A stretch of DNA of 64,000 nucleotides from a virus (taxonomy: Duplodnaviria; Caudoviricetes): the IMG/VR virus record IMGVR_UViG_3300035208_004206, positions 1 to 64,000 of that record; one strand, 5' to 3'. Within the stretch, counting starts at the first letter, position 1; the number at the start of each line of letters is the position of its first letter. The position numbers and the translations under genes were made by a program. Of the stretch, positions 46,656 to 56,389 are shown piece after piece. The notes below the pieces were generated by a model. That model was not told where the DNA came from, made no database searches, and saw nothing but the letters and a program-made list of their open reading frames with translations.

Positions 46656-46892
46656 GAGTGTTTGGTGGGGTGTCGTTTAACGACGCCGTGATCATACACT
46701 TTTGCAGCAAGCGGTCAGCCTGATCAGCTGACGCACGTTTGTTGCATGTTTGGGTGGTGGCGGGAGCATGCACACCGCAGTCGATGGTGCAGACTGAGGA
46801 TGGCGTTAAAGCCTGTGAGGACCCTCAGACATCCTGCGCGAACATCGATGCTGTTTACCGACGGCAGTCAGACATTGAGCTGACCACCACCC
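46656..46892 (+). ncRNA. Candidate structured RNA of about 240 nt with three domains
   Basis: Nested helices 46656-701, 46703-746 and 46752-892; lies between a -10-like GTAAAAT (46644) and the next promoter (46920). Confidence 0.6.
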
Positions 46893-46951
46893 ATTCATTT
46901 TATCCACAAAATCTAACAGTAAATACTCACAACGAGTTGTGAGGTGTTCTC

Positions 46952-47541
46952 ATGCGGTTTGACCGGATGTTTTTCGAAGCAAGGATCGACCCAGAAGAAA
47001 AGAAAAGATTGCTGGATGAGATTGTGTTCCTTGATAAAACACAGACCCTTCTGTTTTCGAAAATATCTGCAACAAAGCAAAACGTGAATTCAAAGGTTTG
47101 ATCTATCCAGACGGCAAGGTTGCAGTGTGGAATAAATCTGGGTGGTCAGGCGAGTTACATTGGGAGCATGTTGCTGTTTCTGAACGTATTCATGCTGCAG
47201 GGGTCGAGAAAGTAAAACCGCTTGCTGCGATCTATATCAATGTATCAGATTATGAAGATCCTTTTGTGACATTTTCATCTTCAAACAATTCTTATTTTTA
47301 TCCGAAGTATCTTAGACACCATGGCGATAACAATGTATCAAGAAAACAAAGTGATATTATGTTCAACGCTCTCCCAACTGTTGATAGGATCATATATGAC
47401 AATAGAGAAGTTTCACGTAATGAGTGGGAAGATGAAAATGTAAGTAGCAATCAATTAGATATACCATTTGAAAATAACAAGACAAAGATATACAGTCGAA
47501 CACCGTCTGGACCACAAACAGCAAATATGGAGCAAGGGTGA
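46952..47541 (+). pseudogene. Frameshifted member of the MxFxRxLxE paralogue family
   Basis: MRFDRMFFE leader in one frame (stop at 47099-47101); family core KGLIYPDGKVAVW..EH in the -1 frame, open from 47038. Confidence 0.7.
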
Positions 47542-48053
47542 AGTTCTCTCGACAACTAACAGAAGCAGTCTTAGTCGGGAAAGCTGGCTGGGGTAGAAAC
47601 AAAGATATTCCGATCTATCAGATGGATCTTGCAGAAGTAAAAGAACGGTCGGAACGTATTCCAACTGGTGATTATATCAAGGGTATTGCTTTACACAACG
47701 GAGAATTTCTTGTGTTTGGTGAGATGAACCTTGAGCATGAAACAGTGGCTGGCACAATAGAATATGATGGGAAGTTTGCTTTCTATCTGTTTAGAAGGAT
47801 TGCGTGCGGAGCAGAATGGATCATATCAGTTGACACCCCATCAAATAGATTAGCAGAATGGAATGTTGTTGACCCCTTGCCAGATGACCACTGGTCTTTT
47901 GGTTTTGAGCGAATGATAATAAAGACTTTCCCTTTTGCAGAGTGGATTGAATTCAATAGTATGCTTGTAAGGGTGAATCCGAAACGCCGTCTTGAACATG
48001 GTGATTTTACAGCATCAACAAAGGATTATGAAAAACTCATGGGGCAAGGATGA
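47538..48053 (+). CDS. MxFxRxLxE paralogue family member
   Basis: MKFSRQLTE; KGIALHNG..EH..FYLF..FPFAEWI. Confidence 0.8.
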   Translation: MKFSRQLTEAVLVGKAGWGRNKDIPIYQMDLAEVKERSERIPTGDYIKGIALHNGEFLVFGEMNLEHETVAGTIEYDGKFAFYLFRRIACGAEWIISVDTPSNRLAEWNVVDPLPDDHWSFGFERMIIKTFPFAEWIEFNSMLVRVNPKRRLEHGDFTASTKDYEKLMGQG

Positions 48054-48082
48054 TATTCGAAAGTTCAGAACAGATCAAATAA
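48050..48082 (+). pseudogene. 10-codon relic of a family member (MIFESSEQIK)
   Basis: ATGA-coupled; first 14 nt identical to the start of gene 56386. Confidence 0.5.
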
Positions 48083-48134
48083 TCTAACCTTCTGTTTCCT
48101 CTAAATATCTGCAGTAGTATTCTAGGAGAATATC

Positions 48135-50258
48135 GTGGCAGACCCAACCCAATCGAAACAACTTGCTGAGTTCATAAAACAACACTATGCGAAATCCTAT
48201 AATCGCAAGGCATTAGAAAAGGTTCTCGACAAGTCACTCGAGAAGAAGCAGACACAGTTTGAGAAAGCTTTTGCTGCTGAGCTTGAGAAAGCATCGAAGC
48301 GATCCGACTCCTTCAATTCCTTTGCTCAGGCAATGGAACAGTCTAATCGAAAGGTCATTGAGCAGATCAGACTGACCAGAGGGTCTCTTGCAGCAAGAGC
48401 AGAGAAAGAGCGTCAACGTGGTCTCATCATGTTCAAGAAAGATCTGGTCGACCTGCAGTCAAAGACCAAAGGGATGGATCCTACAAAGGCAGCAAAGGAA
48501 GTACGGGATTACATTGCCAAGCAGACTGCAGCAACAGAAGCATTCGAAGAGCATCTTGCTGAGAAGCGGCGGGATATAGAGAAAGTCGGTGAGTATCTGG
48601 CAAAACCTGCGACCGCGCTGAAGGATGCTGCCGCAGCAATGATCCGTCGTGGAGAAGAGAAAGGTTCCGTGATCATGCGGAGACTGGGTGGAGCACTCAG
48701 CTTTGCAATGGACCCAACAAAGTTCGCCAAGGAGTGGGCAGGAAAGAAAGGGAAGCAGTTCGCCTTTGCCGCTCTCATGAAGACCTCGAGCAAGTTCAGA
48801 GCAAGGATCGCAAAGAAAGAACTTGAACGGAAACTGCGTGACCCTGCCTTCATGCTCAAGGTGACGTCACAAGTTATACGCGAGGTTCGTGACAACAAGG
48901 AAAAGCAAACAGACGCGATGGCATCGTTGACCAAAGCAACCCTTGCTGCATTTGATGGGTTGAAGAATGCACAGAAAGCATCGTCTGATATGCAAGAAGT
49001 TGATGCTACAATGAGAGAGGAACACTCTGAGACCTTGAAAGCTCTGCTTGAGATGTTGTCTGAAGAAAACAAAGACGAGAAAAAGAAAGACGCTGAACTT
49101 GAAAAGGAAGAGAGTGGTTTTGTCGCGTCGATGGAAAACACGATCAATGACAAGATGAGCTTCTTCACCAACCACCTCCTTGCCAGTCTTGCAGAAAAGC
49201 TTGGGATCAACGCACTTAAAGGAATAGTTCGCGGATTGCCAAAGCTCATTTCAGGGGCAGTGACGACAGCATTGATGAACCCTGCTGTTCTTGTTGCTCT
49301 TGCTGCTGCAACACTTGTCTATCTTAGAAACGCAGGGGAAGAAGAAAGGAAGAAGAAAATAGAAGAAGATCGTGTTGCTGCCGAAGATAGGGCTAAAGCA
49401 CAAGCAGATGAAATAGTTGGAAAGGGTTCTGCAGATGAGGCAGTACAAATTCTAAAAGATGAAGCAGATAAGAAAACGGCTGAAACAAAAAGTTCAACAG
49501 ATGCTACAAGAAAAGAATTTGAAAACACTGTTAAAGATGATGGTGTAGCAAAATCTTTTATGACCGGTCTTGGAAAATTTGTTGTCGGTATAATTGAAGA
49601 ATCTCAATTAAATGCTGCCGGTGAAGATATGAGAACGCTGGTTGAAAATACTGCCGCGTTGAAAGCCGCATTGCTTGATACTGTTAATTACCTCAATAAA
49701 AATAAAGAAGAACAAAATAATATTAAAAAATTTGGAATGCAGGGGTTTGGTGCAAAATCTTATCGTGCGCCAAGAGATGAAGATATTAAAAAATTCCATG
49801 GCGATCTTTCACACGAAGATATTAAAAATATAAAAGATGAATATATAGACATAGTAAAAATTCTTTCTCATAATGCTGAGATTCTTAATCTATTGGAAAC
49901 TGCAACAAAAGATAAAAAAAATATTGACATAAACAAAGTAATGAAAGAAATAGCAGAAGCAAACATCAAACACATAAAAGAAACAACAAAACCTTTTACA
50001 ACAGGTGAAATATCTAATATTTTGGTTGATCAGATTAAAGAACAACTTTTACCACAGGTTGAACCAACGAAAGAATATACTGTCCCAACGGTTTCCGCCC
50101 CCGCCTTATCATACGTTTCCCCCGGTGTTAAAGAGATACTTATTAAAAAAGAAACTGAAGCTCTTAATGTAGATAAACTTAGCAACAAACTAAACATACT
50201 AAACAAAACCATGAAAGCTCTTCCGAAAAAAACTCAGCAAATCGGAGTACAAAAATAA
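48135..50258 (+). CDS. Tape-measure/baseplate-hub-like coiled-coil protein 1
   Basis: Ala/Lys/Glu-rich helical sequence with a central hydrophobic segment; late promoter at 48102. Confidence 0.6.
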   Translation: MADPTQSKQLAEFIKQHYAKSYNRKALEKVLDKSLEKKQTQFEKAFAAELEKASKRSDSFNSFAQAMEQSNRKVIEQIRLTRGSLAARAEKERQRGLIMFKKDLVDLQSKTKGMDPTKAAKEVRDYIAKQTAATEAFEEHLAEKRRDIEKVGEYLAKPATALKDAAAAMIRRGEEKGSVIMRRLGGALSFAMDPTKFAKEWAGKKGKQFAFAALMKTSSKFRARIAKKELERKLRDPAFMLKVTSQVIREVRDNKEKQTDAMASLTKATLAAFDGLKNAQKASSDMQEVDATMREEHSETLKALLEMLSEENKDEKKKDAELEKEESGFVASMENTINDKMSFFTNHLLASLAEKLGINALKGIVRGLPKLISGAVTTALMNPAVLVALAAATLVYLRNAGEEERKKKIEEDRVAAEDRAKAQADEIVGKGSADEAVQILKDEADKKTAETKSSTDATRKEFENTVKDDGVAKSFMTGLGKFVVGIIEESQLNAAGEDMRTLVENTAALKAALLDTVNYLNKNKEEQNNIKKFGMQGFGAKSYRAPRDEDIKKFHGDLSHEDIKNIKDEYIDIVKILSHNAEILNLLETATKDKKNIDINKVMKEIAEANIKHIKETTKPFTTGEISNILVDQIKEQLLPQVEPTKEYTVPTVSAPALSYVSPGVKEILIKKETEALNVDKLSNKLNILNKTMKALPKKTQQIGVQK

Positions 50259-52262
50259 ATGACTCCTCAAATAGATTACGATAAGCTGAAGAGGGAACTG
50301 CTTCAAGCGGTCTCTGATTCAGTTGCTGCTTTTGCCCAGGCAGTATCGAAGACCGGTGGGAAGGATGATGCTTTTGAAAAGCTTGCGTTGTTCCTTGGAG
50401 AGAAAGCACAAGCTGGTCTGCTAGAAGCCTTTGCAGGTAAGAACAGTATTGACGAGTTAGTCAAAGCTCAGCGATCGATCGGTGCAAGGATTCTCACAAC
50501 AGTCAAAGAAAACTCTGGTGAGATCGAGAAGGTCTTTGGCCCAGAGATGGCGAAGACTGCAACGAAGGTTGCTGAACAGTGGGCGATAGAACGGAAGGCA
50601 ACATCTAAAGCATCTGTTGCCGGTTTGGGGAAAGTCACCTCAGCTGTTGCCAAACAGGTTGAAGCTGGCAGACGTATGGTTGACGGTGCAAACGCCAGAG
50701 CAACCGAACGAAGTGAAGAGGTCGCTGAGAGTATGATGGCTCTCATGGGATCTGGTCGAGACCGTGCTGCCAAGGAAAATTCCTCTGCTGTCAAAGCCCT
50801 GACAGATATTTCAGAACGGTTCGACAAAGAACGAGCAGATCAAACAGTGAAGTCTGTTGAGCTGGTGAAGAAATCGATCGAAGCGGTTGGAGAGGGTGGG
50901 AAGGTCGGGGAAGAGATGGCAGCAACAGCAAGAAGTGAATCGCTTGCTGCTGCAGAAGATCTCATGCCAGAGACCGTTGATCCTTCATTGTTGCCAAAAG
51001 AAATAGAACATCTTGTTAATGATAAACCATCCAAAGCAACTAAGGTCACCATCACTTCAATAACGGCCAATGATCCCGCTGAACAATATGCCGCCGATCA
51101 ATGGTTGGCAGAACAGAATCAAGAGAGTCAAGAACAGCATGGTCTGTCAGAAGATATTATTGATGAGTTAGATGAACGAGGTAGTGTCAGGAAGAAAAAG
51201 AGAACTGCTGCAACCCGAAAGAGTAAGGGTTGGTTATCGAAGGTCCTCATTGGTCTTGGTACTGGAATTGCGGGTGGTGGGCTGTTTGCTCTCAGTAAAT
51301 TCATGGAAGAAGAACCAGAAGGATTCACAGAAGACCAGGTTGCTCGACTGATAGAAGCTGGTTATACAAAAGAACAACTTACTCAAGTCAGTAAAACTGG
51401 TCTTGCACAGATGCCAGTCAATGCTCCGAGAGGTGATAAAGGTCTTTCCTCCGAAGAAATGAATAAACGCAGGCTGATGGATCTTCGAGAAGCTGCCAAG
51501 AAGTACGGGGTTATCATTAAAACGAAAATAGAAAATATGCCAGTTTATATAAACCGTGAACTGGCAGAATCACCAGAGGGTGAAAAGTATATCAGATCTC
51601 TTGAGGGAGAAATAATAACTGAAACTATTTTTAGACATAATGAGGATTCTATACACTGGCACGGTCTTAAAGCCGATATACGAATATGGAAAAAGTCTGC
51701 GGAAGAGATCGTTGAGAAAATGAGAAAATTAAAAGAGGCTGATATTGGAGCAATATATGAATACAATAAAAACAATTTTAATGCAGGTAAAGCTATTTCA
51801 GATAGAGGGTTTGTTACTGGGTTGAGTGATCAAGAGTCAAAAGATCTTACTGTTTATAACCACGTGACCGCCCTTAGAAAAGCTGGTTTTACTGAAGGAG
51901 GGAAAGGGAATATTCAAGCGACCGGCGAGGTAGCACACATCGATATAGACGCAACCAAAACTTTTACATTTAAGGTAAAAGAGTGGGGGCGAAAACTCAT
52001 AGCTAAACTGCGGAATAAAACCAAGGACGTTTCAGCTTCACCAACCGTAGAGTCTTCTCCAATGCGGAAAAAATCAGAAGGAATGGATGCTCAACTACCA
52101 CAAGGAAAGGAACAGAAAACACAACCATCTGTTCCAGGAAAACAAGCCAACGCGACAATAAATACAAGCACGAGCAGTGTTGTTAGCCCGCACCAAAAGG
52201 TGTTTGATGATGCAGCAGATACACTGGATGAAGTAAACAAATATTTGCAGAGGTTAACATGA
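50259..52262 (+). CDS. Tape-measure/baseplate-hub-like protein 2 with an M15-peptidase-like domain
   Basis: Helical N-terminus, TM-like LIGLGTGIAGGGLFALS, R..SIHWHGLKAD (H-x6-D) and distal HID. Confidence 0.6.
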   Translation: MTPQIDYDKLKRELLQAVSDSVAAFAQAVSKTGGKDDAFEKLALFLGEKAQAGLLEAFAGKNSIDELVKAQRSIGARILTTVKENSGEIEKVFGPEMAKTATKVAEQWAIERKATSKASVAGLGKVTSAVAKQVEAGRRMVDGANARATERSEEVAESMMALMGSGRDRAAKENSSAVKALTDISERFDKERADQTVKSVELVKKSIEAVGEGGKVGEEMAATARSESLAAAEDLMPETVDPSLLPKEIEHLVNDKPSKATKVTITSITANDPAEQYAADQWLAEQNQESQEQHGLSEDIIDELDERGSVRKKKRTAATRKSKGWLSKVLIGLGTGIAGGGLFALSKFMEEEPEGFTEDQVARLIEAGYTKEQLTQVSKTGLAQMPVNAPRGDKGLSSEEMNKRRLMDLREAAKKYGVIIKTKIENMPVYINRELAESPEGEKYIRSLEGEIITETIFRHNEDSIHWHGLKADIRIWKKSAEEIVEKMRKLKEADIGAIYEYNKNNFNAGKAISDRGFVTGLSDQESKDLTVYNHVTALRKAGFTEGGKGNIQATGEVAHIDIDATKTFTFKVKEWGRKLIAKLRNKTKDVSASPTVESSPMRKKSEGMDAQLPQGKEQKTQPSVPGKQANATINTSTSSVVSPHQKVFDDAADTLDEVNKYLQRLT

Positions 52263-52603
52263 TCTCACAAATGATCGAACAACACCTGACGTTTCAAGCG
52301 ATCTTGATGGCGATCATCGTTAATCTTGCCGTTGAGTTCATCAAAGACTGCGTTGACCACTACGCCAAGGGAAAGAAGATACCTCTGAGGAAGCAGGGTC
52401 TCTTTGCCTCAACGTTTGTGATGGGGGCAGGGTTAGCATGGGTCGGGTGTTATGTGAAGCTCCTGGATTGTTCTAGTGACCCGATCTTTGTGGTCGGTGC
52501 ATGGTATGGTGTTCTTGCTGTTCTGATGTATGCGATCGGTCTGAAAGAGATCTTGACCGCGGTGAAGGGGATCATCAAGAAATGGCTTGGAGGAGAGAAA
52601 TGA
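52259..52603 (+). CDS. Three-TM membrane protein, holin candidate
   Basis: Three hydrophobic segments, basic C-terminus. Confidence 0.55.
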   Translation: MISQMIEQHLTFQAILMAIIVNLAVEFIKDCVDHYAKGKKIPLRKQGLFASTFVMGAGLAWVGCYVKLLDCSSDPIFVVGAWYGVLAVLMYAIGLKEILTAVKGIIKKWLGGEK

Positions 52604-53127
52604 AATTCACTAGGAATCTTTCAGAAAAGATAGGGGGAATCGTGTTGAACGATTTTGAAAAAGAGTTTGACATTTATCTTAACCCAACAGAAAAAGAGTT
52701 TGTAAAATTGTTTAATATAGTATCACAAGTAAAAGGAACCCTTACAACGAAAGGAGATCTTATTGTATGGATACATAAAGAATATCCTAAGGGGCTTGAA
52801 CATGGTAATGTTAGACGTGACCCATTGTTTGCAAAGTATATGAAAGATGCTCTTTACAATTTCTATCTGTTTCGCGACGGGGCAAGACCATATAAAGGTG
52901 GGTATGGTAGAATTGTAGAGTGGAGCCTGTCTGATGAACAGTGGAAAGGGTTGTCTAAGTTTTACAAACCCGAAGTGTTGAAAGGCTTGAAAGCTCGTAT
53001 CCCTGATCTTAAGTGGGCAGTGTTTGGTGACTATATTGTTAATGTAGAAACAGATAAAAAGTACGCGAACTATAACATATACAATGCAGCAAGAATGATT
53101 TCACATCTGGCACGGAAAAAGAAATGA
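52600..53127 (+). CDS. MxFxRxLxE paralogue, array member 1
   Basis: MKFTRNLSE; IYLNPT, KG..GDLIVW, EH, NFY, IPDLKW. Confidence 0.85.
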   Translation: MKFTRNLSEKIGGIVLNDFEKEFDIYLNPTEKEFVKLFNIVSQVKGTLTTKGDLIVWIHKEYPKGLEHGNVRRDPLFAKYMKDALYNFYLFRDGARPYKGGYGRIVEWSLSDEQWKGLSKFYKPEVLKGLKARIPDLKWAVFGDYIVNVETDKKYANYNIYNAARMISHLARKKK

Positions 53128-53618
53128 CAACTTTTCTCCGAGAAAACATATCCCCAATCATAGAAGTCACCAATAAACTTGAAGCTGCAAACATCTTTGC
53201 TCAAGATAAGGTTGGAGCAAAAGGTCTTGTCTATCCAGATGGTAAAGTATTCTTGTGGCCAATGTACCCAGTGGGTGGAACAATAGAACATGAGGATGCT
53301 GCATATCAAATACAATATTCGAAAATGCACAAGAACAAACCCATCTTTTCTTTCTACTGGTGGAAGAGATACGCAGGGATAACAGAAAATGTTATCACAG
53401 AATCGGTTTCAAACACGACAGGATTTTACCCAAAGTTCTTGGCAAAGCATGATGATGGAAAGTACACAACAAGGAAAGCGACACCACTGTTAGAGTGGAT
53501 CCCATGTGATTGGATTTGTTTTGTTGATGCTTTCATAGATTGCAAAACAAAAAAGGTTACAATGACCAACACCCCGATGGGTGATCTTCGTTGGATAACT
53601 AAAAAAATACAGGGGTAG
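53124..53618 (+). CDS. Paralogue, array member 2
   Basis: MTTFLRE; KGLVYPDGKVFLW, EHED, SFY, IPCDW. Confidence 0.85.
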   Translation: MTTFLRENISPIIEVTNKLEAANIFAQDKVGAKGLVYPDGKVFLWPMYPVGGTIEHEDAAYQIQYSKMHKNKPIFSFYWWKRYAGITENVITESVSNTTGFYPKFLAKHDDGKYTTRKATPLLEWIPCDWICFVDAFIDCKTKKVTMTNTPMGDLRWITKKIQG

Positions 53619-53622
53619 AAAC

Positions 53623-54171
53623 ATGACAACGTTCAATCGGTTGATTCAAGAGAAGTTGCTCACAGACTACAAAGGAGAGGAGTTCTATATTGGGTCCTCT
53701 GGTGGTGGTCTTGAGAAACTAATGAATGCTTCACCTTCTGGTGTGCTCAAGGGTTCGGTCCTTGTGACAGGCGATCTGATCGTCTGGATTGAGATGGGGC
53801 ACTCTGAAGCGTACAAGCTTGTGCCAGAGATGAAACCTTTTGCAACCAAAGCACTCTACAACTTCTACTTGAATAAAGACTTTGACCCGATGAGCACAGG
53901 TAAAACGATCGCTACCAATGTTGTGGAGTCGAGTGCTTCTAACGACAAGAGCTTCTCATCCGAACAGAAGAAACTGTTTCCGAAAGCCAGTGGCAAGTAC
54001 AGCGCAAGCGTGGTCGATACCATTCAGCTCAAGATCCCATTTGCAGAATGGATCCTGTTCGATGACGCGATCGTTGATGCGCAGTCTGGCGAGATCGTCA
54101 AGAAGTTCAGCAATGTGAAGGGTGGGATGTGGTTGAAGGCGGTGTCAAACTTCTTCAGAGAAAAGAAATGA
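53623..54171 (+). CDS. Paralogue, array member 3
   Basis: MTTFNRLIQE; KG..GDLIVW, HSE, NFY, IPFAEW. Confidence 0.85.
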   Translation: MTTFNRLIQEKLLTDYKGEEFYIGSSGGGLEKLMNASPSGVLKGSVLVTGDLIVWIEMGHSEAYKLVPEMKPFATKALYNFYLNKDFDPMSTGKTIATNVVESSASNDKSFSSEQKKLFPKASGKYSASVVDTIQLKIPFAEWILFDDAIVDAQSGEIVKKFSNVKGGMWLKAVSNFFREKK

Positions 54172-54719
54172 TCTTCACCCGCAATATCCACGAATCAAAA
54201 ATTTTATATGGCAATACTGATTTCCCAGTTTATAAAAACCCAACCAAAGAAGAGATGCAAGCAGTTTTCAATGCTACAGCCGGTGAAGCAAAAGGACTCA
54301 TGCTTCGTAATGGTGGTGATGTCTATGTGTGGCCAAGCTTATATAACACTTCAGAACATTCTGAAGTGTTTAACGAGTTGAATATTAAAGAACAAGACGT
54401 CTGGATAACATTCTATATGTGGATGAATCCTTCTGCTTTCTTTAGACTGTATCGTGGCGATAGTATTGATGTGTCCGCTGACTTTGATGTTTTTATTAAA
54501 ACCAGCGTGTCATCAAATGTAAGATTTGGTTTGTTCTCTCGCGTTGTTGACAAGTGGTCTACACAGCTTGGTGCAAAGCTGAGGAATATTCCAGGGGCAC
54601 ATTGGATTACTCTTCCCGCTAGGTTGTATGATCTTGATACGCTTCAGCAAGTGAAAGTCGGTAACACATACGAGGCAATGAAGACGGTACTGTTGGGAGA
54701 GTACAAAGATGATATTTGA
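54168..54719 (+). CDS. Paralogue, array member 4
   Basis: MIFTRNIHE; VYKNPT, KGL..GDVYVW, EHSE, TFY, IPGAHW. Confidence 0.85.
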   Translation: MIFTRNIHESKILYGNTDFPVYKNPTKEEMQAVFNATAGEAKGLMLRNGGDVYVWPSLYNTSEHSEVFNELNIKEQDVWITFYMWMNPSAFFRLYRGDSIDVSADFDVFIKTSVSSNVRFGLFSRVVDKWSTQLGAKLRNIPGAHWITLPARLYDLDTLQQVKVGNTYEAMKTVLLGEYKDDI

Positions 54720-55275
54720 GAGAACCCTCAGCGAGTCCACTGTTGTTGGGAAGATGCCGAACGGCGGGGATATATGGAAAGTTAATACTGACGAAGCTAA
54801 AGCACTACTTGTTACAGAAACCAGAATCAAGGGGATGGTACTCAGACCCGGTGAAGGGTGGGGAATGTCTGGTCTGCCTAGGATATATGTATGGGGTGTT
54901 GGGGAACATACCGCCGGTATGGCTGAACTTATTAAAAAGAAAGCCGCAGGATTTAATATCGAAGATGTTTCCTTCACCTTTTATGCGTATGATAAAAAGG
55001 CTGGAGGTAAAAACATTATAGATCTTGCCACCCCATCAAACAATCTCAACTGGTGGTTGGGTAAAGACTTTGAAGGAATGCACGATCTGGCGACTGAATG
55101 GTATCGTGCAGAGGTTGTAGAAGAAGTGAAGAACGTTTTCCCTTGGGCAGAGTGGTTGTTCTTCAGCAATGCGATCGTCGATCTTACAAACGGGAACGTT
55201 GCGAAAGAACAGAATGCTTCGTCTGAGTGGATCGCAAAAGGTTTAATCAAAGAACTGAAAGGGTTGAGAAAATGA
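54709..55275 (+). CDS. Paralogue, array member 5
   Basis: MIFERTLSE; KGM, IYVW, EH, TFY, FPWAEW. Confidence 0.85.
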   Translation: MIFERTLSESTVVGKMPNGGDIWKVNTDEAKALLVTETRIKGMVLRPGEGWGMSGLPRIYVWGVGEHTAGMAELIKKKAAGFNIEDVSFTFYAYDKKAGGKNIIDLATPSNNLNWWLGKDFEGMHDLATEWYRAEVVEEVKNVFPWAEWLFFSNAIVDLTNGNVAKEQNASSEWIAKGLIKELKGLRK

Positions 55276-55826
55276 TATTCAACAGAGTTCTTAAAGAATC
55301 AATCGATGTTGCATATGATAATGCGAAAGGTTTGGCTGTTAAAAAGATGACAGCAAGAGAAATACAAAAGCGGGTGAAGACTCTTAATCCTATGAAAGGT
55401 CTTGCTCTGACAAACGGAAATCTTTTCGTTTGGGTTAATGGAAGAGGAGAACATCTAGAACATCGTGATGCCTTTCATCTTTTGCAAAATGCAAAAATTC
55501 CAGGGGTCAAACCAGAGAATCTTGCTTTTACCTTCTACGCAGACAAAGAAGATAGTTATGGAGAAACGTATATTGATCTTGCCACCCCATCGAATGAAGC
55601 ATGGTGGTGGAAAGGACACGGTGAAGGTTTTTCAAACTTGCTAAACAATGTTAAGTATACACCAGAAACAGCAGAGATGTTGAAGAAAAGATTCCCGCTG
55701 GTAAAGTGGTTTGTCTTTGATAATGCCATTGTTGATGCAACAAACGGAAGATACCTTAATGATAATTGGGCAAGTTCGCTTGTTACCATGAAGCGGTTGA
55801 TGGGTGAGCTGAGGGGGCTGAGATGA
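55272..55826 (+). CDS. Paralogue, array member 6
   Basis: MIFNRVLKE; KGL..GNLFVW, EHRD, TFY, FPLVKW. Confidence 0.85.
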   Translation: MIFNRVLKESIDVAYDNAKGLAVKKMTAREIQKRVKTLNPMKGLALTNGNLFVWVNGRGEHLEHRDAFHLLQNAKIPGVKPENLAFTFYADKEDSYGETYIDLATPSNEAWWWKGHGEGFSNLLNNVKYTPETAEMLKKRFPLVKWFVFDNAIVDATNGRYLNDNWASSLVTMKRLMGELRGLR

Positions 55827-56389
55827 TATTTGAACGTCGTCTACCTGAAATACACTCTGATCCAGATGAAGATAATAGGGTAGAAGAAATAATAACATTT
55901 ATCAATCCGTCTGTCAATGAAGTAAAAGAAACTCTTGATGAAGGTGAAGGCGAAGGTAAAGGCATGATGATGAAAAATGGGGATGTAATTATTTGGCCAA
56001 ACGCAATAGGAATTAATGCCGAACACCTTGGGGCCGTGAGTGAATTGGGGTATGACGACGACGATGTTCAGTTCACTTTTTACTTCTTTGATAACGGTGA
56101 AACATACAAACATACAAACTGGGAACACTTTGATCCTTCGCTGAATCGTCATCTCCCAAATACCGGGATGATCATCAAGTCTAGTATATCCTCTGCTCCA
56201 GGGTGGGGAACTTTTATGAAAGCGTCTGATAAGTGGAACCCGGTCAGAATGAAAAAACTTATCGATCTCTTGCCAATGACACAATGGATTATATTACCAA
56301 AATGGGTGATCAATGCAAACACCATGGAAAAAGTGATGAGAACAGAAACATTAGGACCGTTGGGTATTATCTTAGGAGCAACGGAATGA
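55823..56389 (+). CDS. Paralogue, array member 7
   Basis: MIFERRLPE; FINPS, KGM..GDVIIW, EH, TFY, LPMTQW. Confidence 0.85.
   Translation: MIFERRLPEIHSDPDEDNRVEEIITFINPSVNEVKETLDEGEGEGKGMMMKNGDVIIWPNAIGINAEHLGAVSELGYDDDDVQFTFYFFDNGETYKHTNWEHFDPSLNRHLPNTGMIIKSSISSAPGWGTFMKASDKWNPVRMKKLIDLLPMTQWIILPKWVINANTMEKVMRTETLGPLGIILGATE

Noticed and set aside
46794-46815. CTGAGGA matches the hammerhead CUGANGA core
   Set aside because: No GAAA follows the adjacent stem and no matching cleavage-site helix is present
46739-46942. 67-aa ORF in the ORF track
   Set aside because: TTG start without SD; it lies within a strongly base-paired region and runs across the next promoter
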